A stretch of 63,112 nt of DNA, filler included, from Reticulomyxa filosa (GCA_000512085.1; 23 parts of 23 records of this genome joined end to end with filler, not necessarily neighbours in it); one strand, 5' to 3'; positions 24,653 to 38,215 are shown, counted from the first letter of the whole stretch. Notes: generated by a model from the letters alone, not told the origin. Translations and numbers: made by a program.

Positions 24653-25287
24653 ATGAATTTCTTACGTCTTGGGAGCAGCTCTATTTCATATTTCAATAAG
24701 TGTTCCACTAATCTTTTGCGACGCTCGTCCAATTTTGGTAACACGACAAGTCGCGCTTACTCTCTTCCAAGCGCTTTCAATGGAATTGGTCGACTGAATC
24801 ACGTTGCCATCGTCTGTCCAGATTTAAAGAAGTCCAGCGGTATGAGAAGTACACAAATTGACTTTTTTGGGAGGGAGAAAAACGACAGCCTTAGGTGATG
24901 GAAAAATTATAAACTTCGGAACAAAAAAATCAACGAACAGATATGTACCAGAATGTATTAGGTGCGGATGTATCTCCCCCAGTTGATCTACCAGAACATG
25001 GTGTGACAACAGTATTTGTGACACTGCACAACACCAAAATCGAATTGTTACACCCTTTGGGAGAAAAGAGCCCCATTGGCAAATGGTTGGAAAAAAATAC
25101 AAATGGTGGTCTTCACCATATTTGTTTGGAAGTAGATGATATTAGCAAAGCTGTTGATCAAATGAAAAAGCATAACGTCAGAGTACTTGACAAGGTTAAG
25201 ACTGGTGCCCATGGTTTACCTGTCATTTTTCTTCACCCCAAAGATATGGGTCAAGTATTGGTAGAGTTAGAAGAAGTCAAACATTAA
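24653..25287 (+). CDS. MCEE: Methylmalonyl-CoA epimerase, mitochondrial, 2 exons
   Basis: Exons 24653-24839 and 24941-25287. Arg/Ser-rich presequence; GRLNHVAI, LPEHGVTTVFV, KIELLHPLG, GGLHHICLEV, GAHG.PVIFLHPKD, VLVELE. Confidence 0.96.
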
Positions 25288-26644
25288 TTTTTTAAAAGAA
25301 AAAATTTTGGACAAAATATGCTTACAATGCCGTTCTTAAAAAAATTATAGAAATATTTCTTGAGAAATTTAACATACACTTTTTTTTCTCAATGTATCAC
25401 AAAATTATAGACCTTATTTCACTTTCTCCAAAAATTCAATGTTATGACTAAAAAAAAACACTAAAGTAACTTTATATATAAACCTGAGTTTTATTTTATC
25501 ACTTGAAAACGTTTAAAAACTATCAACAACTAAAACAGATCGCCTTAAATTTCAGTGGAAGTGTGTCAATCTAATCACAGTACATCTCAACATCGAGTGT
25601 CGTGAGAATTATAATGTAAAATAGCTACATCTTATGATTTTTGTGCTAGAGACTAGTAATAAATTAAATTTCTTCCAATTCCATTATTTCTCAACAAAAC
25701 TGTATATTTTGACAAAACAATCACCTCCTCAAAAAATTGCTTAAAACAAAATTTGTTGTAAATTTTTGGGAATTTATGCAACATTTAACCTTATTTAAAT
25801 TAATTATAAAATAAAATTATTACAAAAAAAAAATAAAAATAAATTTCAAAATATTAAATATAAATGCTTGATAACTTAATTGAATTGTATTAATAGTAAA
25901 AAGAAGAAACACTTAGTATCATTTCCTTTTTATAAAAATAACACATGAGTCAATATTAATTTAACTTTAATGATTATGCACTTGATCCTGAAGGTGGTTT
26001 ACAAGTTTTTTTTTGCAAGGGAATAAACAATGAGGAATTCGCAAATAAATATTTTGAATAATGATGATATAAATATATATATTTTTATCAGTATGGAATA
26101 TCTCCTACATTTTTGTGCAATAAAACCAAACTGCAAGTAATATTTTGACAATGAATAATATTGAATATTTGCCTTGTATTTTGCAATTATATTTTAATCG
26201 TTTGGTTAAAGTGAACTATTAACAAAAATAGTTTTTTTGTTTTCTATTTTATTTAATAAGTAAATTAAATCTTATTTTTAAAAATGTGATCATATTAATG
26301 AAAATAAGTGATAAAAGTTTTAATTTTGAAAAATTTCTAAGTATTAAAAAAAAAGTTGGTTTCTTTGTGACAGGAGAGAGCAGTTGACAAAAGTTCACTG
26401 ACATAATCAACAAGTTTATATCATATCAAGTAAAAATTTTCTTTTTCGAGCTATGATTTCAAAGATCGACACGATTCAACNNNNNNNNNNNNNNNNNNNN
26501 NNNNNNNNNNNNNNNNNNNNNNNNTTAATTAATTAANNNNNNNNNNNNNNNNNNNNNNNNNNNNNNNNNNNNNNNNNNNNAAAAAAAAAAAAAAAAAAAA
26601 GGGAGAGGGGATATGTTGTTTGTTAGTGCGTGCAGTGTCATTAC

Positions 26645-28909
26645 CAGGTCGGGGAATAAAACAAAAACATGAGCGTTTGGACAGTCAATGCGAATGGGAA
26701 CAAAATGGCCGTGATTAGAACATAAATGAACTTGTCCAAATGAAAGACGCGTCGCACTTGAAAGTGTCTCGCACAAAACACAGGAGGTGCAATGTCATTG
26801 GGGAACTTGTCTCGAGGAACACGTCCAATGAATTTCAATCGTCTTGGTTCTAGTTATCCTCCCCCCCCCCCCCATCCCCCTCTAAGTTGAGTGTCTTGTT
26901 TTTGTAATTTCAAAATTTTTTTTTTTAAAAAAAAAAGAGGTCCACTTAACCGTCCATAGATAGATACTGCGAAAAATTTGGACAGCAAAATGTGGTGGAG
27001 ATGAGCCAACTCATGCAATTGGTGGTAACTTGCTCTTGGACAGTGGATCGCCGATTGCTGGGATAACTCAAATTGACCATTGTCTGTAACTCCACCTCGA
27101 TTGGCAGCGCAGATGCTAGGCCGTCTTCCAATCTCGAATACACCACCTCGATTTTGTCCGGATCCGAGCTCGAGCTCGAGCTCGAGTTCGAGTTTGCGTT
27201 GCCATTGACAAATGCCGCAATGGGCTTTGACGCCTGGCCATTTTGATCGTTACTTTGCACCTCGTTTCCACCATGCTCTCGCCATTCTCGATACATCGAC
27301 ACAACTGTCTCAAACACACTGTTCACGTTGTCTCCAGTGAAGGCTGAACATTCTACGTACCGACAATATTTGGGTCCTCCATGTGCGTTTATCACTTCCG
27401 TCACGTCTTCCATCGACTTTATTTGTTTGTTTGTTTGTTTGTTTATTTGTCTGTTGTGAATTCAATCGATTGCGCTTTTTCTCTTGGCAAAGAAAAGAAA
27501 GGACATGACATTACCACTTCGTAAGCTGCAGATTCATCCGATTTTGTTCCTACTGCGACCATGGGTATTTTGCGAGGCTTTGGCACTTGCTGCAACAGCC
27601 GTTTTGCAACAATCAACTGCTCTTGAAACATATAAAACGATTGCACATCTGCTCGCGAAAAGCAAACCACCAGTACGTCGACGCCGTCACGCAACCACGA
27701 GTATCGAAGAGATACAAATTCCTCTTGTCTAATTATATTTTTATTTGTTTGATTGATTTCATTTTCATTTTGTTTTGCAATTTCATCATAACACAAAGTT
27801 TGCATATATCAAAAGAGCAAACCCTGCCGTATCCAATATTTCCAATTGAACCGGATTGTCATTCACAACAAAGTGTTTTCGAAAAGTCTCTTGCATCTAG
27901 TCAAACCCCCCCCTCCAAAGTAGTCTTTCTTCCTTTTTTTTTTTTTTTTAACGAGTTTATATGTACATATATATATATATATATTATATATATGTATTAC
28001 ATAACATACAGTAGGATCGTAATCATGCAAAAAAACGCCTTTGACAAATTTGGTTAAGAGCGCAGATTTCCCGACACCACTGGCGCCCATGACCAAGACA
28101 TGAATTTCCCCTGTCCATTTGACGTGTTATCCAAAATTGCTATGAAAATGGGAGGCAGGAGCCAACCACAAGGGAAACAAACAAAACAGAACAAAACAGA
28201 ACAAAACAAAACAAAACAAAATAAAACAAAACAAACTTGAGTCTTGATTTGTCGGACGAAACATTGGCTGCAATAAGTTGAGTCGCTGTTGACTAAGGGT
28301 CAGATACTTGTCTTGGAATGCACTTGGGTCCACAGGTATTTCATAAACACTTTCGTCGGACACCAACATTACATCAGCCTCAGTCATTTTGGTCTCGTCA
28401 ATCGAGGCTATGTGCCACTCCGGCACGTATTGTCTCGCATCGACCGGAGACTGTGCCATCGTCATCGTCCAGAATCGTAAGCTGTTGTTCCATTCACGAG
28501 CACCACTCACACATTCATACGTGGTCAGCAATCTGCCCGTGTCCGTTATTTTCCCAATGCCATAAATCTGCATTTTTTTAATTTTTTTTTTTTTTTTTTT
28601 TTTTTCATATAAAAAAATGTATCATCGAACCTTGAGATTCAAACATATTAGCATTTGAAAAAAAAGTATATATGTGTATATAACATAGAACAAGCAATTC
28701 ACCAAAGTATCATAAACACAAAAATAACCCAGTTGATAAATTGTTGGAAATCAATGGCTCCGTAGGCGTGGATATCAATGGTACGAAATACTTTCAACGC
28801 GGTGCTGTGATCGTAAGGACAGCCCAGCAGTTCCAAAAAAGTTTGAAATGGACGAAATTCTAATTCTGGTCCTGTAATATCGAACAAGTCTTTCAACGCT
28901 TTAATGTAC

Positions 28910-28910
<1 letters not shown>
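26645..28910 (-). CDS. Multi-exon protein: EF-hand-like region, Ras-family GTPase domain and hydrophobic (TM) segment; both ends missing
   Basis: VFRTIDIHAYGAIDFQQF; G1 GASGVGKS, effector DYDPT, G3 LEILDTAG|QEEF, G4 TKSD, G5 ECSA. Intron 26950-26850 joins in frame to an exon with FIYVLITAILFPFALTVQTLMFLFY. Confidence 0.8.
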
Positions 28911-28948
<38 letters not shown>

Positions 28949-29048
28949 NNNNNNNNNNNNNNNNNNNNNNNNNNNNNNNNNNNNNNNNNNNNTTAATTAA
29001 TTAANNNNNNNNNNNNNNNNNNNNNNNNNNNNNNNNNNNNNNNNNNNN

Positions 29049-30290
29049 AAAAATTTGAACAATTATTTTTTGTCAAAAATGTGAAAATATTCCAAAAAAA
29101 TGCAAATTTACATCTTTTTTATAAACATTTATTAGTTGTGCATTTGTGTTTTACTTAAGAAAAAAGGTCTTTTTTTTTTTTTTTCTTTGGTTGTCTCTTC
29201 TCTGTACCAATCCGTAATTAGGGTGCTAATCTCCCTCTTTGTAACACACTAGTATGTCTTTTTTCTTTTTTTAAATTCTTTTCAGCTTAAAAATGACTTT
29301 GTTTTATTTTTTGAACAGACCGCAAACTCTGAAACAAAAAAAAGATGTCTTTTTTGTTGGCCGCTGTTCATCTTTCACTAAGAGAAAAAAAAAATGAATA
29401 GGGGTAAGGCCCCCCGTCTCCGCAAGGAGTACAAATGGTTTGGTATATATTTATACGTTTGTTTTTTTTGACATAGTTGACGGTGTTTGTTTTTTCATTA
29501 ACAGCCTCAACCCGTCTGTTAAAAAAAACATTGTACGTCACACTCCAAACTCCAAACTCCACACAAAGACGATTTCGGGGTTGAAGCCATCCCATTGTGC
29601 AAAAAACATGAAAGGGTTTGTATCTTTTATTTTTATTTTTTTTTAATTTTTTTTTAAAAATGTTTGTGTTTGTCAATAGGCACGCCCCCATCAACAAAAA
29701 ATTTTATTTCCCCCCCCGTACAAAAGAAAAAATATATATATCGATTGGAATTAGAGCTTTTAGCTCAATGTCAAAGTATTTTTTTTTTTTAAATGAAAAA
29801 TATTTCAAGTTGTGAATTTGTTTATAGGTTCAAGAACCAAAAAAAATATTGTAAAGTTTTTATCTTTTTTTTTTATATTTTCTGTTTGAATTAATGATAG
29901 TGAACATTTGGGGGAAAGAAAATAAATGGAAAAAGGAAGAGATAAATGGGAAAAATGTGGAAAATTGGAAAAAAGGGAAAACAATAGTGAACAAATGGGG
30001 GAAAAAGTGAAAACAATGGGGAACAAATGAGGGAAAAAGGGAAAACAATGGGGGAAAAAGGGAGGTAAAATTGTTGGAAAAATTTTTTTTAAGAAAAAAA
30101 TGCATGAAAAAAAGTTGAAAATAAAAAAAAATGTTGCAAAGAAAAATAAAATTAAAAAAGATGACAATTAGAAAAAAAATTTAAAAAAAGATATTAAAAA
30201 AAAATGCAAAACCAAAAAAAAGAGAAAAAAAAATAAAAGAAAAAAAACAAGTAATATCGAGTTGGGTTTGTTTGAAAGGGAAAAAAAAAA
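29049..30290 (+). repeat. Dispersed structured-head repeat, copy B, plus purine tract
   Basis: Core at 29401-29429; colinear with copies A and C. Confidence 0.9.
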
Positions 30291-30299
30291 TGCTGCTTA

Positions 30300-32480
30300 G
30301 TTGAATTTGTGGCCACGCAAATTCGCCACTCGTAGGCTTGGATAAACTTCACAAATCTCGCTATCGATCAGGCCAGAGTGTGTTCTTCATCACGAGGTCG
30401 AAGAGAGCATATAGACTTGTACTGGAAATCACGATATGGAATTGGGATATTGTGGCAAGATTACTTCAAACTAATATCAAACAATATATAAATCTCGGTG
30501 CCGCCAAATATAGAAGCAAGCTCGCAAAAAGAAAACTATGATAGCGCTCAAAGTGAAAACGATATCGATACTATGAGTGTAGCGACGACAGCAGCGACTG
30601 GAGCGACGAATGAGTGGAAGACAAGTAAAAAAAAGAAAGAACATAGTCAAAAAAAAATAGATATATGGACATCGAGCAAACCACTGTATCGATAGAACCA
30701 TGACATGCAAGAGTGGTTCAATTTAGTTCGAAACTCACAGGACACCAGCAAGCAAGAAAGAGGATGACGATGATTTGTATAAAAGGAAAAAAAAACAAAC
30801 ACCCAGTCGGCCGGCTTTATTGACTTTGCGTGTTTCCAAACGCAAAAAGCGATTCCATAACCAAAGTCGCCACTCGGACGTATACTAACCTCATATCGTG
30901 TGTCCCAATGGAAAATGTTGAATGGAATATGTCAATGTCTCGCAGCAATAATTCGAAATATTGCAAAGAATTTATTTGCGTCATCAACGTAGGTGGGACA
31001 CAAGTTTCTGGTGCTTTACCATGCCAACAATTGTCCGCAAAGATTATATCGAACTGCAATATACAGACTCCAATGAGCAAGGTGCTAATTTTATAAACAG
31101 ATCACAATAATGGAAACGCAGATATTGGACAATCGTATCAAAACTGGTCGTGTGCGTGCGCATATGCGCAAATTTGGATCTTGAATCATGCTCGTGCTGA
31201 TGGGAGGAATCGTAAGCTCGCAGGCAACATTGAACATTGATAATTTGTAAATAGAGATATATTATTGCATTTTCTGGCTCCATCAATGCAAGGGTTGTGT
31301 GCTTTGCGTTTGTTAAAAGAGCGTCTGTAATCGTTGTTGAACTGTCTCCAGGATTGACTATTAACTACTGTTAACATGTTGAACGGCACTCAAGAAAGCA
31401 AGCAAGAAGAACAAATAAAAAAAAAGGAAATACAAATGATAACTTCAATCATCGGATTGTTAATCCAAAAATTATTGAATGAAGACATTGGTGATGGATG
31501 CAAGAATTTCCAACAATGGCAATCATCCAAGGTCAAATTGTATATCTCATTACAAGTGTGACGATAGAGAATGAATTTGGTATTTAGAAAATATTCATTG
31601 TGTATGACTGCATTGAAACAATCGAAGAGTGATAGGAAAATATGAAAAAAGCTTGTCAACAAAGAATTATTGCATAAAGACCAGATCGAGATGAATTTAA
31701 TTAAGCGTTGCACCATTTGGAAACATTCCCTCCTCTAACTTTGCAAAACATTCGACCAGTGAACGGAAGCAATGATGAAATATTTTTGGACGATATCAAA
31801 AAAAGCAATTGAAGACAAAGAACGAGAAAGCAAGGAAGAAGCAGAAGTGAATAATGATGAGGACGGAGACAAAGACAGAAAAGTCGAACATAGATGCGCA
31901 AAAATCATAGTGGGGCTGTTGGCGATCGAGTTCGAGTTTTGGGAAACAAAACAGGCGTTGTTCACTATCTTGGCGATATGGAGCTTTCCAATGAAAAACT
32001 TATTGAAATTGAACTGTGCGAGGAAAAATTTATTTCAAAGTTTGATTCAATGTATTTGTGTATTTATTCTTGTTTTATTTTAATTTCATCTTATTGCATT
32101 CTACTTCGTTGTGGAGAATCTAGGAACAGTTGTATGATTTATTTATTTTTTTTAAATAATAATAATAATAATAATAAGTACTTGATTATTGTTGGATTTT
32201 ATTTTGATGTAGGAAAGCAAACTGACAACAATGATAATGCGGTCCGAAAACTTCAAATATGATCATCCAATTGAAACCATTAAAGCGCAACGATCGCATA
32301 ATCTTCGTTAATGGAGACGACAGGTGTTATCAAATACATTGGTTATCCTCCTTTTTCTGAGGACGAAGTTATTGGCATTAAACTGGATTTGTCTTTTTAG
32401 AAATAATTTTTTTATATGTAATGATATTTTGTCTTTTCTTTATATAGACGTATTGGTTCCTGGTGCTCATGATTGCAGGT
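30300..32480 (+). pseudogene. Decayed mosaic coding fragments ending in two CAP-Gly-like segments; body of copy B
   Basis: VGDRVRVLGNKTGVVHYLG...IEIEL at ~31915-32020 and DRIIFVNG..GVIKYIGYPPFSEDEVIGIKLD at ~32290-32390. 30488-31230 aligns with 47851-48630. Confidence 0.65.
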
Positions 32481-32666
32481 TTGTTTTTTTTGGTCTTGTT
32501 TTTATTTTGCAATATTTGTTTGAAGTCAAAAGATATGTATCAATTAATAATAACTTGATTTGAATGNNNNNNNNNNNNNNNNNNNNNNNNNNNNNNNNNN
32601 NNNNNNNNNNTTAATTAATTAANNNNNNNNNNNNNNNNNNNNNNNNNNNNNNNNNNNNNNNNNNNN

Positions 32667-35105
32667 ATGGATATCAGCAATTACAACGTCCGAGTCGAAG
32701 AAAATCGAGTCTTGCTACGGTTTGTTTGTACGTTTTTTTTTTGTGTGTCGAATTAAAAGATATTGAAAGGGAGAGGAGATGTGATGACGTGTTTGGACGA
32801 AACACAGAGATTCAGAAACTGCTAAACAAAAGTACAATCTGTTGAGTCATATGAATTTGGATTTTTACTATTATTATGGATTATATATATATTTATATAT
32901 ATATTTATATATATATATATATATGTATGTATATGTGTATATAATATCACTATCGTATTTTTGCTGAAAAAAAAGAACTGAAAAAGAATTGGAAAATGCA
33001 AAATTGGAGTTGGAGCGTATAAGAATGGAACTCGAGAAAACAAAACATGAATCAACAGAGGCCAACACAGAGTTGGAACAACTCAAAAGCGAGTTACAAA
33101 AAGTAACGCTCCAATTCGAAACTTCCAAGCAGTTTTGTCGAACTGCGTCTTTTCACTTTTTCTTTCGAGATTTGGACTTTGGGCATTGTTGAAGAGATTA
33201 ATGTTTCACCAACAAATATATATGTATATATATATATATAGTGCTGAACAATGGCTAGAAGATACCAAAGCAGAATTGAAAACAACAAAAACAGAATTGG
33301 AAGCAACAAAAACAGAATGGGAAGCAACGAAAACAGAATTGGAAGCAACGAAAACAGAATTGAAAACAACGAAAACAGAATTGGAAGTAACAAAAACAGA
33401 ATTGGAAAGAGCAAGGATAGAAATGAGCAAAGTCAGAGCTGACTTGGAGAAAGTAAACAACGAATCAGCGAAAGCCGATATCGAATCGAAAAATGATAAA
33501 AACGAATTGAAGAAGGTCACAGCCGAATTGGAGATTGCCATCACTAAGGCAAAACAGTTTCGTCGATTACACTTCTTTTTTTTTTTTTTTTTTGTTGGCT
33601 CTATCGCATTAACTATGGTCGTATCTGCAATGCAACAAATGAATGAGTAATCGATTGCGGAAGAAGAATAAGAGAGGAGGGGGGGACGACACACAAATTA
33701 GCACTGAAAAAGAATTGGGAGATGCAAAAAAAGAGTTGGGAGACGCAAAAGAGGAGTTGAAAGAGGTCAAAGACAACCTTAAAAAAGTCAACGCTGACTT
33801 ACAGAAAGCAAATACTGAATTAGAGAAGGTGAACAATGAATTAGTACAAGCAAACAATGACTTAGTGAAAACGAATACAGAATTGCAAAATGCTAAACAT
33901 GATGCTAAAAAGTTTCGTCGATTCTATATCTTGTTTTCCTTTTTTTTCTTTCTCTCTCTCATTGCTTGTTTGTTTCCTTGTTTTATGTTTTCACAAACAA
34001 TGAACATGCAAGATCCCAAGAACAGGTACAAGGCTTGATACAGTTTAGTTTGTTTTGTTTTAATTTATTCGCTTTTGCTCGTTGAAGCAATTCCAAAAAA
34101 AAATTTAGAAATAAGGAACTTGCAACAAATGGAGAAATCAATCATAATGCTTGGAAATTACAGATAGAAGAGTTGCAAAAGTTAGGTCCCCTTTTTTTCC
34201 TTTTATACTATTTTTGGCAAAGAATTTTTTTTTGACTCTTTTGGATATAATAATAATAATAAATAAGGGTGAATGCGTCTTTGCATGAAAAACTATTGAA
34301 AAAAAATTTGGTGGCCAATATTCAAAGCAAATTTCCAAATGTATCAAAAGTGAAGGGCAATTTTGATAGCCTTCACTCGCAACAACACGCGAACTTGACT
34401 TCGATGCTGATACAAGAGCTAACAGGCCAACTGCAGATGTACAAGGAAGAAGCTCGCGAGAACGCCTACGAATGGTGCTGGAACATGCTCGTGGACTGCT
34501 ACAAAGCAATGCATAATTACAAAATGGAAATATACGATGCCGTAGCAGACGTGTTGCGCTTCGATGAAATACTGAAACAAATTGATGGCAATGAAGACGA
34601 TTCCAAAGCAAATGAAATGTTGTCATCACGGAAAAACCAAAAACAACAGGATATCAAATTTATGATTGCATCGCATTTACAAACTTATTTTGAACAACTC
34701 TTAAAGTGTCCTTATTCGTCATATCCTTCTGCTCTGATTGACGGCCAACAAAATGATAAGAAAGACAAAATCCCCAAAATCAACCAAGTTGTAAATCAAA
34801 TCCTCACAAAGTACAAAACGCAAATGCAACAGAAAGAATTGACAATTGAAGAAGAAGACAATGAACTCATTATCGAATACTTAAATGTTGCTTGTGAAAC
34901 ATGCTGGCCCATGGTATTACAAGATCATGTTTTATCATTTTGGCCCCCTGAATTCAAACCCACACAACCTGTCGCTTTTGAGGACGACAAACATACTGTG
35001 GTGTTTGGATCTAACAAAAAATCCACACAAGTTCAATATTTTGTTTGGCCGTCTATCCAATGCAACGGTATTCTCTTAGATTGCAAAGTATTTGTTATGA
35101 AGTAA
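32667..35105 (+). CDS. Multi-exon coiled-coil protein with a C-terminal MIEAP(SPATA18)-like domain, 5' end missing
   Basis: Heptad-repeat exons. The last exon ends EYLNVACETCWPMVLQ...FEDDKH...SNKKS..VQYFVWPSI..NG.LL...VFV, resembling the MIEAP C-terminal pattern. Confidence 0.7.
33264..33410 (+). repeat. 21-bp coding tandem repeat, 7 copies (TKTELEA heptads)
   Basis: ACRAAAACAGAATTGGAAGCA units are directly visible. Confidence 0.92.
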
Positions 35106-38065
35106 ACACTAATTTTTCTCAATTTATGCAGTAGTTTGAAAAAAAACATTACAACAAAAAAATATTGCTTTTTTAGCTATCTTTCCTCTATATTGTACTA
35201 TCTTATCTATTGCATTTATTTGAAAAGTTCTACGTCCTTCTTTTTCCTCAGTAGTTTGAAAAATTCAATGATAAAAAACTATCTTACCAAACAAAAAAAT
35301 TTTAAAATGAGTTATACTGACTAATATTAAAGTATTTAGCGCACAATAAACACAGAAAAAAGTAAAAATCATTACGTGGAAGCAGTTTGATGCGTTTACA
35401 AAGGGAATAGCTTTGCAATGCTTTTGGATGAAAAGTATATGCGAAAAGTGGCAAGGTTGTCGTGATGACTGTCCAAAATTGGAAAAAAGTGTTTCAAACA
35501 AACGGGAATATCAACAGAAAGCATGGATCAGTAAGAAAATCTAGTTGTTAGATTGTTGGTAACTGAAAAGTGTGAAACTGCAAATGCATAGAAGATAACT
35601 GGAAAAAACTGACAGCATATCCTTACATCACACATAAAAGCTTCTTTTAAACACAAGTGTAAACGTTTGTTGAATGAATTATTTTTTCTTTTACAGTTTG
35701 ATATAGATGTTATAAAAAATTTTTGTTACAAAAAAAAAGTCATATTGTAAAAAAATTGATGTATAACCTTTCAAATAAACACAATAGATAAGATAGCACA
35801 ACATAGAGGAAAGATAGTCTGTGATTTATTCTATGTATCTACAACATTATTTTTAGCTCTTTTCAATAAAAATATACAAGTCATCAAATTATTTAGACTA
35901 CAATAATTGTAAAAATGAACGATAAATAAAAAGCAAAATATACAAATATTAAAACAAATAAAAAATAAAATTTCCAGAAAATATAGAAAAGAATTAAATA
36001 AGACAATAAATTGAACAAATATTACTTTGAATATAATTGATATAATAAATATGAAATTCAATAGAATTAATGAAAACAAACAAGTTTTCGCAATCATTAA
36101 AAGATAAGCATCAACTTGATAAAGATATAGTACAAATCATATTTTTGTACAACGTGACTACTGACCACTATATTGAATGTTATTGTATATTTGAAAAATT
36201 ATTTGTATGCAAATAGTGTGTGGTATAATATGAAAATGAATTCAGCTAACAATTGCTAAATCATGATTGCGAAGGTGTCTGTGAGGTTAAAAAGCATGTA
36301 TAACATTTCCGATCTTATTTTGGTTCATTTTTTTTTAAGAAAGAATTGCAATATGAGATCATATCAACATATATTTCACAACAAAATTTCTTTTAAAAGC
36401 TCGAACAGAAACTAATCATTTTAACTTACAACAAGAGATTATCTCAAACAAAACTGTCAATTTGAACTNNNNNNNNNNNNNNNNNNNNNNNNNNNNNNNN
36501 NNNNNNNNNNNNTTAATTAATTAANNNNNNNNNNNNNNNNNNNNNNNNNNNNNNNNNNNNNNNNNNNNCCTTTTTTTTGTACAATGGCAAACAAATCAAG
36601 TTAATTCAAAAGCTTAAACTGATTTTTTTTGTTGTAAGATTTTTTTGGTTAAATCACTTTTTGCATTGTATAATGATTGCATTCGCTCTGACATTGATTT
36701 TACTCCAGCAATGACTCAACAGATCAACAGAATCCTTTGTTAAAATTATCAACTACTTTGGCCATTTTTTAAAAAAACTAAAATATTGAACTATACTTAG
36801 CTTAAAAAAAAGGACAAAATTATTAAAATAATTATAATAAAAAACCAAAGTACAATATTTGTAGATGTTTTTCTAAAAAAAATTAGGTCTGAATGTTGTT
36901 TTTTCGTGTAGAAAATCAATCATCTATATAAGGTACCGTTTTAAGTGTCAACTTTATTTTGCATTCTACTGTAATATCTTCAAATGTTGTCGATCTTCTA
37001 AATGAAAAATCAATTCATTAAAGGAATATTTATGAATTGTATAGTTTTTGATAATTACTTTTGTACTTGCTTCTTTTTAACACAACGTATAATTTTTAAG
37101 ATAATTTTTTGTAAAAGATATTCTTATTTGATCGCTTATGTGATTACAAAAAGCTTATTTATGAGTTTTAAATTAACATATTTCTGAAAGCTACACAATG
37201 ATTTTTGTCAATTGTAGAAAAGTTACTTAAAGTAAATATCTTTTAGATTTTATCATACACGATCAGATAAATAAGATTTGAAAATTACTTCTAAACATTT
37301 GTCAAACATACAATAATCATGTTGATTAATAATATATTTATATCTAATGTATTTTTGATAAATCATTCAACACTGCAGAAATTTTTATCTGGCAATGATA
37401 ATTTCAAATCAATCAAGTACGTAAAAATTGCAATTGAAGACACTATATTAATTTTTCAAAAATGTACATATCTGTAATAAATAGTATCATTTTTCTGTTA
37501 GTTTTTAAATATTTTTTATGTAAAATTTTTATAATGTTGAAACACAATATTTTTAAGTATCTTTTTCTTTAAATAGAAATAGCTACTTTTAAACACTAAA
37601 AGACCATATAATAACTTATACTTTTTCGTTAATTCAGTAACATCGGTGTAGTTTTAATTGTGTTGTAATGTTTAACTGAAAATCAAAGTTTTTTAAAATG
37701 TTTTTGTTAAAAAAAAGAAAATTTAAAAATTATGATTTATGTTTACGTGAATTTTTTTTGAAATGATACTGTCTAATTCAAAGCAATAGCAACGCACAAA
37801 TAATATATTCTTTGTTTAGAAAAAAATTATAATTATTTCTATACAAAATGACAATAGTAATTTTTTTATTCAATCGGGCATTTACTAGAAAATTTTTGTA
37901 TGACGATGTTTTTGACGAAGTACAAAGTTGACTTACTTAAGTGAACTAACGTGGTAAAGTAAGAATTAAAAGTTCAATCAACAAAGGGGATAAGGAAAGT
38001 TTGCCAAAGCGGGTTGTTTTCAGTTGCTTTCTTTTTTTTTTTTTTTGTTTTGAGTTTTTTCCACA

Positions 38066-38215
38066 ATGGAGGAACAAGCCACGACACAAAGCGACGCCAT
38101 TCTGTCAATCAAAAATCTGGATAAGCGTTTTTCAGAGGCTTCAAACCGACAACACGATGCCGAACAATGTGAAGAAACCCCTAACTTCATGGGTTTTGAC
38201 GAAGGAATTTTGAAA
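38066..38215 (+). CDS. Probable first exon of a hypothetical protein
   Basis: ATG after a long AT-rich intergenic stretch; hydrophilic ORF ending at AAA|GTATTA. Confidence 0.4.

Noticed and set aside
23240-25287. PPCDC next to MCEE as a CoA metabolic gene cluster
   Set aside because: Only two genes, different pathways and compartments, and no conservation evidence available.
29217-29224. TTAGGG/CCCTAA in the head as a telomere seed or telomerase template
   Set aside because: Single hexamer with no alignment extension; it coincides with a hairpin arm and a possible TAG acceptor.
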